The notes under the pieces are model-generated. The model was not told where the DNA came from. It saw nothing but the letters and a program-made list of their open reading frames with translations, and ran no database searches. DNA of 63,736 bases, the filler included, from an uncultured Methanosarcinales archaeon (lineage in GTDB: Archaea; Nanobdellota; Nanobdellia; Woesearchaeales; CAZXZL01): the NCBI GenBank assembly GCA_964645415.1. It is 4 parts of 4 records of this genome, joined end to end, with 100 filler letters (N's around TTAATTAATTAA, not from the genome) between each part and the next. Parts side by side here need not be neighbours in the genome. Positions count along the whole stretch, not along the records: positions 37,098 to 54,625 come from CAZXZL010000020.1; 3 more parts are not named here. The stretch is one strand, 5' to 3'. Shown here one piece after another: positions 43,060-51,551 of this stretch (its first letter is position 1; each line of letters opens with the position of its first letter). The position numbers were made by a program, and so were the translations under genes.

Positions 43060-43279
43060 AAAGATAATATAAATTTAAAAATAACTCATAATAAATTTAA
43101 ATATTAAAAATTCTAATCAAACTTTTTAAGTCTTAAGATTTTTTTTGTAAACGGTTATTATTATTATCATTAAAAGAAAGATAGAGTGTGATTTAATATT
43201 CTTTTTTTCTTTTTTTAACATAAACTATATAAATGTTAAATATAAGATTTACTCATACAACTAATTTTAAATTACTAAA

Positions 43280-43780
43280 ATGATAATTAACTTAACTGGA
43301 GATGGAAAAGGTAAAACAACAAGTGCTTTTGGAACTTCTCTAAGAGCAATAAAAAATTATAATATATTAATAATTCAATTTATGAAAAAAGAATCATCTG
43401 AAGCTAAAGTATTATCGAAGTTTGAAAATGTTAATACAATGTGTTTTGGATTAGATGAATTTTATTTTCCAGATAAAAATAGGAAAGAGTATAAAGAAGT
43501 GATTAAAAAAGGTTGGAATAAATTTAAAGAAGAAAAAGAAAATTATAATTTTATAGTGCTTGATGAGATTAATGTAGTTACAGATTATGGTTTAATTCAT
43601 CCTGAAGAAATTGTTGATCAGATAAAGTTCTTTAAAAAATCAAAAGAAAAACATATTATTATTACTGGAAGGAATTCTCCGAAAATACTAAAAGATATTT
43701 CAGACACAATATCTGAGATAAACGAAATAAAACATCATTATCAATTTACAGAAACACAAATCAAAGGAATTGATAAATAA
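43280..43780 (+). CDS. Cob(I)alamin adenosyltransferase (CobA/CobO/BtuR family)
   Basis: TGDGKGKTTSAFG, IQFMK, VLDEI, ITGR, KHHY..GID. Confidence 0.9.
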   Translation: MIINLTGDGKGKTTSAFGTSLRAIKNYNILIIQFMKKESSEAKVLSKFENVNTMCFGLDEFYFPDKNRKEYKEVIKKGWNKFKEEKENYNFIVLDEINVVTDYGLIHPEEIVDQIKFFKKSKEKHIIITGRNSPKILKDISDTISEINEIKHHYQFTETQIKGIDK

Positions 43781-43786
43781 TTAAAT

Positions 43787-44794
43787 TTAAAATGATTTTA
43801 ATGTTTCAATTAATTCTGTAGCATAACTTCCTTTAGGGAGAAAAAACTCTAACCAAAAAGAATTATTATCTTCACAAATAGAAACTTTTAATTTTGTATT
43901 AATTATACTAATACGTTTTTTCTCATGAAGTGTTGCATAACTAATCTGTTTATTAATAAAGTCAAAAGGAATTAAATCATAATCAGACATAATCTCTAAT
44001 GATAAATCATCTTCAGTATCATGACCAATTAAAGGTATTTCTTCTTCAATATCAAAATTACCACAATATACTTTTTTCTTACACTTTTCACCCTTAATTT
44101 TTGAAGCAAGTATTTCATTGAATATTTTTGATTGAACAGAATGAAGATATAATTTAAAAAATCTTTTTGGAAATTTTTTTAAAACTTCAATCTCATTTTT
44201 TCCATTGTAGTATTTATTAATTATTCTTATATTTTTATTAAAACCAGTCTCCTTTATTAAGTCAAGAGCTTTTTTATATTCTCTTTTAAAAATAAAAAGA
44301 CCTATTTCAAAATTGTTCCATTTAAATCTTTGATTACCAAAATAATTTGGCATTTTAATAACACTATTATTTTTTTCTTTTAATTTAGAAATTGTATCTT
44401 TATCAACATTTTTAATTAAAATTTTAAACCTATTTCCCTTTAATCTACCAGGATAAAGTCTCTCTTTTAAAGAACCAACTAATTTGATAGTAATATATTT
44501 AGAAATAACAATTTTTTCATCTAATATAATTTTTCTATTTACTTTATTTTTATCAATAGAAATATATTGTTCAGTGATTGCCCTTCTATCTTTAATTCCT
44601 GAAAAACCAATATCATTTCTATTAACACCAAAGAAATTTGATAACCTTTCAATTACATCCGTTTGAGAATAATCTTTTTTAATAAGTTTAAAAATTAAAA
44701 AACTATGATTTTTATTTTTATTTAAATCAAAACTAGGTACTTCAAAAACTCTAAAATGAGAAGGTTTTTCCTTTAATTTCCATTTATTATCCAA
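43787..44794 (-). CDS. truD: tRNA pseudouridine(13) synthase
   Basis: FRVFE, SGIKDRRAITEQ, GNRFKI, PNYFGNQRF, QSKIFN, FFLPKGSYAT. Confidence 0.93.
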   Translation of the reverse strand: MDNKWKLKEKPSHFRVFEVPSFDLNKNKNHSFLIFKLIKKDYSQTDVIERLSNFFGVNRNDIGFSGIKDRRAITEQYISIDKNKVNRKIILDEKIVISKYITIKLVGSLKERLYPGRLKGNRFKILIKNVDKDTISKLKEKNNSVIKMPNYFGNQRFKWNNFEIGLFIFKREYKKALDLIKETGFNKNIRIINKYYNGKNEIEVLKKFPKRFFKLYLHSVQSKIFNEILASKIKGEKCKKKVYCGNFDIEEEIPLIGHDTEDDLSLEIMSDYDLIPFDFINKQISYATLHEKKRISIINTKLKVSICEDNNSFWLEFFLPKGSYATELIETLKSF

Positions 44795-45395
44795 TTAAAA
44801 CACCTTCTATTAAAGTTTTTAATTCATTATAACCAAATTCAATTCCCATCACTCCAAAAGTTATTGATAAAACTGTTATAAAAAAACCTAATACACCAAT
44901 AAAAACACCAATTAAAGTAATTAGTCCATCTTTATTAATCAAAGAAAAGGATAATAAAAAGATAGATAGAGCAGGTGCAGAGTTAGTAAGAGGAAAAGGA
45001 ATAAACATATTAAATGACATTAAAGTAATTAAAAAACCAATATTCCTCTCAGTAACATATCTATTAAACCTAGGCTTAGTAAATTTTTCAAGAATATTTA
45101 AATAGATACTTAAAACTTTATCCATCCTTTTAATTGTCTTCTTTTTTAATTTTTTATCTTTATATTTCTCAGGAATCCAAGGAGGTTTTTCTTGGATCAT
45201 TCTAAAACCAAGTAAAATCATAACAACTGCAAAAATAGTAGAAACACCTGGTGCTGGAAAAAACATTGCAGAAGGTAAAGATAGTATTAGAAATAATATT
45301 CCATAACTCTCTTCTTTTAAAATTTCAAGAATTTCACCAATAGTTAATTCATCATGTTTTAATAATTCATTTATGTCTTTTCTTAAAGGACTCAT
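44787..45395 (-). CDS. ExoD-family (exopolysaccharide synthesis) membrane protein
   Basis: SYGILFLILSLP, PGVSTIF, PWIP, PFPLTNSAPA, DG motifs. Confidence 0.85.
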   Translation of the reverse strand: MSPLRKDINELLKHDELTIGEILEILKEESYGILFLILSLPSAMFFPAPGVSTIFAVVMILLGFRMIQEKPPWIPEKYKDKKLKKKTIKRMDKVLSIYLNILEKFTKPRFNRYVTERNIGFLITLMSFNMFIPFPLTNSAPALSIFLLSFSLINKDGLITLIGVFIGVLGFFITVLSITFGVMGIEFGYNELKTLIEGVLIG

Positions 45396-45399
45396 TTTA

Positions 45400-47442
45400 T
45401 CACTTCAACTCTTTTATTAAGTTTTTTAAGTGTTCTTTCATCTCTTGATTTTCTTCATTCCATTGTTTATTATCAAATACTATTTTTTGAAGAATTAATT
45501 CAGGAGTACTTTTACCTCTTTTACCAAAAAGAGGTTGATGGTTTGTTAGAAGAGTATTATCATCATCTAAACCTTTAGCAAATATACCATCTAATCTTAT
45601 TTTATCATCAACTCTATTTTCTAATTCTTTTCCTAAGTGCGATACAACTACAGATAAAGTATTAGTTTTTTCTAATACATCAAGAAAAGATAAAAGAATT
45701 TTAGCAGCAGCATCTGGTTCTGTTATTGATTCAAATTCATCAATTAAAATTAATTTTCTTTTATTTTTATTTTCAGTTGCTGCTTTTATAAATTTCTTTA
45801 CAGTTTGTTCAAAAGCACCAGCATTTTTACGGCCTGAGAATTTCTTAAAGTAATAAATATTATCAATTAAAGGTATTTTTGATTTTTCACAGGCTAGAGG
45901 CATTCCCATATAAGAAAGAAGTACTGATTGTAATACTAATTCAAGCAATGTTGTTTTACCTCCTGAATTTGCACCAGTTAAAATTGAAATCTTTTGGTTA
46001 CTACAATCTAATTCTTCAGAGTTTAAACTATAATCAATCGGATTTGCATCAAAAAAGAAGTTATCACATTTTTTTAATAAGAATTCTAAATCTTCATTAA
46101 TATTAGGAAATGTTAAATTTTCCTTTGATTTATCTTTAGTTTTAGAAATTAAAGTCTTATTGATAGTATTAATAAAATCTTGAAAAACAACAATCCTCAT
46201 AACATTTGAAGAAGTAAGTTTATTAATTAAATCAGGAAGATTTTTTTCAATTTCTCTAATCTCATCACCTACATCAATATAATTATCAATTTCCAACCGA
46301 GATTTTCTATCTTCTAAACGTTTTTCGAAATTACTTAAACTTTCTTCATCAACTTTTACAGGATAACCTTCCTTAAAAATTTCATGATATCTAACACCAA
46401 TTAAATTTGATTTTTCTATAAACTTATCTTCATAGTTTTGAATAATTGAATTAATTTCATCTTTAAAGTCCTTAGTAATGCTTGTATAATCTTCATTTTT
46501 TAGTGCTTTCATGATTGATTTTGCATCAATAGTAATATCTTTTTCATCAAGAGATTCTTCTATTTCTTGATTCATCTTGTATATAACTTCATCAATTGAA
46601 ATAATATCATTCTCTAATTCTTTGACCACTTTCTTTTTTTCATCTTTTTCATTAATTAACTCATTTAATTTATCAATTAAATTAGAAATTTCTACATCAT
46701 TTGAATCTTCTTCAAAGTTAGAATTTTCTAAAAAAGAAATTATCTTTTTAATTAAAGAAAGATCAAAATCATTAACTGATTTTAAAAATTCAATAATTAA
46801 TTCTCTATCTTCTTCAAACAAAAAACCTTTCAAAAGTAACTTTAATTCTTCTAAACTAATTGCTAAATCACTATAAATTTCATCGCTAACAATAATAATA
46901 TCTTTCATTGAATTCATCTCTTTTAGTTCTTCTCTTGTAATAGGAAGTGCAGAGATATTAACTTCAAATTCTTTTTCTAATTTTTTTAAATCAGATTCAA
47001 TTTCAGATTCATTTTCAAGAAAGTATATTTGATAGTTAAGACCAATTTTTTCATGTTTTATCTTTTTCAATTGATCTTTTAATTCAACATTGTCTGAATT
47101 AATAATACCTTGAATTATTTTTTGTTTTTTTATAATGAGTTCCTTTTTAGGAAAAGGAAAAAAAGTTCCAAAAAGACATTTAAAATCTTCCTCAAACTCA
47201 GAATTTTTTTGAAAGTGTCTAGATAATCTATTAAAAAGAGTATTTACTGGTCTTGTAGAAAAGATATCTTTAAGATTTTTATAAGATTCTCCTAAATGGT
47301 TTGATAAATAATATTGAGTTAAGTACTTTTTACCTTTTTTAGAGAACTTATTAGGATAAGATATATTTGAATTTATCCAATTAATATTAACATCTTCTTT
47401 TGAAGATAATTTATTTTTTATTTTTTTTTTGTAATCTTTCAT
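45400..47442 (-). CDS. MutS-like ATPase (archaeal MutS2/MutS5-type; no mismatch-binding or Smr domain)
   Basis: LTGANSGGKTTLL, AGAFE, LIDEFESITEP, VSHL, STPELI. Confidence 0.85.
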   Translation of the reverse strand: MKDYKKKIKNKLSSKEDVNINWINSNISYPNKFSKKGKKYLTQYYLSNHLGESYKNLKDIFSTRPVNTLFNRLSRHFQKNSEFEEDFKCLFGTFFPFPKKELIIKKQKIIQGIINSDNVELKDQLKKIKHEKIGLNYQIYFLENESEIESDLKKLEKEFEVNISALPITREELKEMNSMKDIIIVSDEIYSDLAISLEELKLLLKGFLFEEDRELIIEFLKSVNDFDLSLIKKIISFLENSNFEEDSNDVEISNLIDKLNELINEKDEKKKVVKELENDIISIDEVIYKMNQEIEESLDEKDITIDAKSIMKALKNEDYTSITKDFKDEINSIIQNYEDKFIEKSNLIGVRYHEIFKEGYPVKVDEESLSNFEKRLEDRKSRLEIDNYIDVGDEIREIEKNLPDLINKLTSSNVMRIVVFQDFINTINKTLISKTKDKSKENLTFPNINEDLEFLLKKCDNFFFDANPIDYSLNSEELDCSNQKISILTGANSGGKTTLLELVLQSVLLSYMGMPLACEKSKIPLIDNIYYFKKFSGRKNAGAFEQTVKKFIKAATENKNKRKLILIDEFESITEPDAAAKILLSFLDVLEKTNTLSVVVSHLGKELENRVDDKIRLDGIFAKGLDDDNTLLTNHQPLFGKRGKSTPELILQKIVFDNKQWNEENQEMKEHLKNLIKELK

Positions 47443-48578
47443 TTTAAATTTTTAAAATCTCCTTTTTTTAATAGTAAATCTTCTATTTTACCTTCATATT
47501 TTCTTTTATTTTCTCTAAATTCAGATAAAAACTGATTAATAACATCAGTTGCCATTTGCTTTATTTCACCAGTTAATATCTTTCCAGATTTATAACCTTC
47601 ATATATCTCTTTAACTTTTTTAGAATCTTCTTCAAAGAAGTAAATATATTGATAAGGAATATCTTTATCAGGATCTCCTCCTTTTTCTCTATGCTCCTTT
47701 AAAGTAGGTTGTCCTCCAGAATAAGCATATTTCATCATCTTTTTCTTTACTGTTTTAGGACTATCATCTACAAAGATAGCACTATTTTTATCACTTGAAG
47801 ACATTTTTCCATCGAATCCTTTAATTGATGGAAGTAATTTAGACATAATTAAAGAAGGTTTTTTATAACCTAATTTTGGAAATACATCTCTAGCAATTCT
47901 AAAGTGAGGATCTTGATCAACAGCACAAGGAATTAAAGCCCTCAAATCACTATTATTCATTTCAGAAAGTAACATTGCCGGAGTTGCTTGAATAGCAGTG
48001 AAAAATATTTTTCCAATACTTGAACTATTATTCAAACCAAAAGTAGCTTTAACATTTGAAAAATTAATTTTATCTGATATTCTTAAAGTGTGCGGATATA
48101 ACATTGAAATATGTTCTGAATCAATAATAAAACGAGTTAATTTAGGATCAAATCCAATACCCATTACATCTAAAGCATTTTCATAAGCTAATTTATTAGT
48201 ATCTTTTAAGCTTAAATTTTCTTTAAAAAGAAATTTTTCATCATCAGTTAATTGAAAGATTAAAGGAACTTGAAATTTTTCTTGTAACCACTTTAATAAT
48301 ATCCAAGCACTAACATGACCTAAATGAACATCACCAGAAGGACCTCTACCAGAATATAAATAAAACTTATTACCTTTTTCATAATCATCTAAAAGTTTAT
48401 TTAAATCACGATGTACAAAATAGATGTTTCTTTCAATAGAATAATGAACTTCTCCAAAAAGATCTTTAATTCTATTCTTTAAGTTTTCATCAATTTCTTG
48501 AAGTCCAAATTTTTCAATTAGCCTTTTATAATCAACACTTCCGCTAACTTCCCAAGGGGTTACTTTGAAATCATCCAT
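47439..48578 (-). CDS. trpS: Tryptophan--tRNA ligase (archaeal/eukaryotic type)
   Basis: VTPWEV, GRGPS..HLGH, DQDPHFR, KMSSS, AYSGGQ; start moved to MDDFKVTPW at 48578. Confidence 0.96.
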   Translation of the reverse strand: MDDFKVTPWEVSGSVDYKRLIEKFGLQEIDENLKNRIKDLFGEVHYSIERNIYFVHRDLNKLLDDYEKGNKFYLYSGRGPSGDVHLGHVSAWILLKWLQEKFQVPLIFQLTDDEKFLFKENLSLKDTNKLAYENALDVMGIGFDPKLTRFIIDSEHISMLYPHTLRISDKINFSNVKATFGLNNSSSIGKIFFTAIQATPAMLLSEMNNSDLRALIPCAVDQDPHFRIARDVFPKLGYKKPSLIMSKLLPSIKGFDGKMSSSDKNSAIFVDDSPKTVKKKMMKYAYSGGQPTLKEHREKGGDPDKDIPYQYIYFFEEDSKKVKEIYEGYKSGKILTGEIKQMATDVINQFLSEFRENKRKYEGKIEDLLLKKGDFKNLK

Positions 48579-48699
48579 AGAAATGTTACTTAAAAAACAT
48601 ATAAAAATGTTATCATGAGATAAAAAGATTAATATATTATTAAAAACATAATAATAAAACAAAATATTTATATTATGCCTCTTTTTCATGATTTAGTAT

Positions 48700-48773
48700 G
48701 GGACGATAGCTCAGTCTGGGAGAGCACTACGCTGAAGACGTAGGAGTCCTGGGTTCAAATCCCAGTCGTCCCA
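48700..48773 (+). tRNA. tRNA-Phe(GAA)
   Basis: GGGACGA/TCGTCCC acceptor stem, anticodon arm CTACG-CTGAAGA-CGTAG, T arm CTGGG-TTCAAAT-CCCAG. Confidence 0.95.
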
Positions 48774-48844
48774 CCTTTTTTTCAATATATATAATTCTAA
48801 ATTTAAAACTTAAAACAATTAGAATTCAAATAAAATCTTAAAAG

Positions 48845-48870
48845 ATTATTATTATTATTATTATTATTAT
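48845..48870. repeat. (ATT)8 intergenic microsatellite
   Basis: Direct reading; lies between convergent tRNA-Phe and ogg. Confidence 0.8.
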
Positions 48871-48894
48871 AGAAGTAAATGTGTTATATCAAAA

Positions 48895-49527
48895 TTATTT
48901 CAATACTTTTCCAGTTTCAAGATACCATAAATAAAAGTCTAATCTTGCAAGATCAAGGTTAACTTTTTTAGCTATTTTTTTTAGTTTATTTTCAACTTTA
49001 ACATAATTAGATTTGGTAGATAAGTTTTTAGGTTTTTCAATAATATTATTTTTAGTCAAAATATCAACAATATGAAAATCTATTATAGCAAGGTTTTCAA
49101 AACCAATATTTCTTAAAAAATGTGAACTCTCTTTCCAACCTAAACCTTTAATATTGTTTTTAATATAAACTCTCTTTTTTTCTTCAGAGATATTAGAATT
49201 TATCTTTTCAAAAACTTCTTCTTTTTTACCTCTTGCTTCATAAATAAATTCAGACCTTCTATTTGGAAATCTATAACCTAATCTTTTTAACTCCGATTTT
49301 AATTTATCTAAAGAATAATTCAAAAAACCATCATCAATCTCTTTTTGAATCTCAATTGCTCTCTTTGCATCAAAATTAGCAGTCATTAAACAAAAACAAA
49401 GTTCTTTAAAAACTCTTTTAATTGTACTTCTGTTTTCTTTAAGTTCAATCATTCTTTTTTCGATTAAACTTTTTACTTTTGTTTTTTTCAAATCTTTTAC
49501 TTCTTTTATTAGATTATTCATTTTCAT
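48895..49527 (-). CDS. ogg: 8-oxoguanine DNA glycosylase/lyase (Ogg2 family)
   Basis: ELCFCLMTAN, GYRFPNRR, KGLGWKESSHFLRNIG, AIIDFH, C-terminal TGKVLK. Confidence 0.92.
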   Translation of the reverse strand: MKMNNLIKEVKDLKKTKVKSLIEKRMIELKENRSTIKRVFKELCFCLMTANFDAKRAIEIQKEIDDGFLNYSLDKLKSELKRLGYRFPNRRSEFIYEARGKKEEVFEKINSNISEEKKRVYIKNNIKGLGWKESSHFLRNIGFENLAIIDFHIVDILTKNNIIEKPKNLSTKSNYVKVENKLKKIAKKVNLDLARLDFYLWYLETGKVLK

Positions 49528-51551
49528 ACATCATCTTCTGGTATAGGTACATACTTAACAATATAACATTCTTTAGTATCTAAAACAGAAACAAAATTTG
49601 ACAATTCATTTTTAACTTCATCAACAGTTACTTTTGATTCCATAATTGCATCATATTTAATACTCTTAAATTGAATATCTTTGTGTGAGGAGTATTTATT
49701 AAGATTAGATAAAATAATCTTAGAATTAACACGGAACTTTTCTTCTTTTTTTTCAAGAAAATCTTTTTCAACTAAAGAGTGTAAAATATTTTTTGAGTCA
49801 AAACCAAAACCGGATTCAGAAGTAAATTCTTCAAAAGTGAATTCTTTTAATTGATAGGCTTTTTCCAGAATTTTTATTTCATCAGAACTTAATGCATCAA
49901 TTGATGGAAGAATTTTAGTTTCAAGTTCATCAACATCAACAACAATATTACCATTCTTCATTTCAACAAGCAATCTAAATTTTTCATCATTAGTTTTACA
50001 AGAAAATAAAAAAGCAGGATATAAATGAGTTTCAACTCTTTTTAGCTTCTCAATAGACATTAAACGAATATCTTTTTTACTCATATTAGGGAAGATAAAT
50101 GGTTTCATATCTTGTTCTTCAAAATCCTCTTTCTTTTCAAAAAAAGACTCTTCTTCATTTTCATCAGAATCTCCTCCTAATACATCAATAGATCTCCCAC
50201 CATGTTTAGTTCTTCTAGGTCTAATATTTACAAACAAAGGCATATCAACAATACCACTCACTAGAGCAGTACCTACAGGAATATTTTTTATTTCTTTTTC
50301 AGCTTCTGTGGTTAAACCTTCAACAGATTTACTAACCGCTTTTAAATCATTAGGATTAGTTACTTTAAGAACAATATTTGTAGTACATTGACTTAATACT
50401 GACTTTTCAACTCTTGCTGGTCTTTGTGTAATAACACATAATCCTAATCCAAACTTCCTTCCTTCACTTGCAATATTTCTAAGAACAGCAGAAGTTTTTT
50501 TCTTTCCAAAACCTTTTTCTGGAGCAAAATTATGAGCTTCTTCAACAACCATAAAAAAAGGTGGAATATTGTTAACTTTTCTTGCATGAAATAAGTCTTT
50601 TAATAATTTATACATTAAAACATCTTGTATTTCAGGGTCAATTCCACGTAAATTAATAACACTTACTCTTCCTGATTGGACTAATTCGTTAAGAGGAGTA
50701 TAATCTAATGAGAAAAAATCTAGAGAGTCCATTCTTTTTAATAAATTAATTAAAGTCCATTTAGTATTACTGTCCTCACCTTCAAGTTCATATATTAAAT
50801 TTGAAAAAGTTAATTTATCAACATTCTTTACAGCACTATATAAAAGAGATTTCTGAGTATTTGTTAGTTTTGTAGGAAGAACATCCATTAAATTTTGTGG
50901 AGTAAATTCCTCATTAAGTTTTAAAGGTCTTGATGATTTATTAACTTTAACATCACCAAATTCAACAACAGACTCTAAGTAACCTTTTGGTGAAATACCA
51001 AAAGAATCCATTAATTCTTTTTCTTCAGATTCATTATTTGGATATTTTAGTGAAGTATATTCACCGTGAGGGTCAAGTATTATCACAGGAACATTTTTTT
51101 CAGCTATTTCTTCCAATAAAACACCAACTGTATAACTTTTTCCTGCACCAGTCTTAGCTAAAATAGAGACATGTTTTGTAAGCATATCTTCTAAGTCTAA
51201 TTGGATATCAATATCTTTTCCATCAAGCTTTCCAATATAAGCACCATTAGAAGTATCTAAACTAATTATTTCTTTAATAAATTCATCACTTGCTAAATAT
51301 ACATCATCTCCTGGAACGAAAGGTTGTCTTATTGATCTAACTCTTCCTTGATCATCTTTATAACCAATAATATTACATTTTGCTAATATCTTATTCTTGT
51401 CCCTTTCTAATTCAACAATTTGTGATAAAACATCACCATATAATTCATGATCAACCTTAACATAATCAAACTTTTTTACATCTCCTTCAACCTTAAATTT
51501 GAATTCTTTTGTTTTTACTTTTCCATAAATTACTCCAAGACTTTTACTCAT
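49524..51551 (-). CDS. HerA-like ATPase (HAS barrel + DUF87) with C-terminal extension
   Basis: KHVSILAKTGAGKSY, DPHGEY, EEAHNF, EGRKFG, TQRP, LSQC. Confidence 0.9.
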   Translation of the reverse strand: MSKSLGVIYGKVKTKEFKFKVEGDVKKFDYVKVDHELYGDVLSQIVELERDKNKILAKCNIIGYKDDQGRVRSIRQPFVPGDDVYLASDEFIKEIISLDTSNGAYIGKLDGKDIDIQLDLEDMLTKHVSILAKTGAGKSYTVGVLLEEIAEKNVPVIILDPHGEYTSLKYPNNESEEKELMDSFGISPKGYLESVVEFGDVKVNKSSRPLKLNEEFTPQNLMDVLPTKLTNTQKSLLYSAVKNVDKLTFSNLIYELEGEDSNTKWTLINLLKRMDSLDFFSLDYTPLNELVQSGRVSVINLRGIDPEIQDVLMYKLLKDLFHARKVNNIPPFFMVVEEAHNFAPEKGFGKKKTSAVLRNIASEGRKFGLGLCVITQRPARVEKSVLSQCTTNIVLKVTNPNDLKAVSKSVEGLTTEAEKEIKNIPVGTALVSGIVDMPLFVNIRPRRTKHGGRSIDVLGGDSDENEEESFFEKKEDFEEQDMKPFIFPNMSKKDIRLMSIEKLKRVETHLYPAFLFSCKTNDEKFRLLVEMKNGNIVVDVDELETKILPSIDALSSDEIKILEKAYQLKEFTFEEFTSESGFGFDSKNILHSLVEKDFLEKKEEKFRVNSKIILSNLNKYSSHKDIQFKSIKYDAIMESKVTVDEVKNELSNFVSVLDTKECYIVKYVPIPEDDV

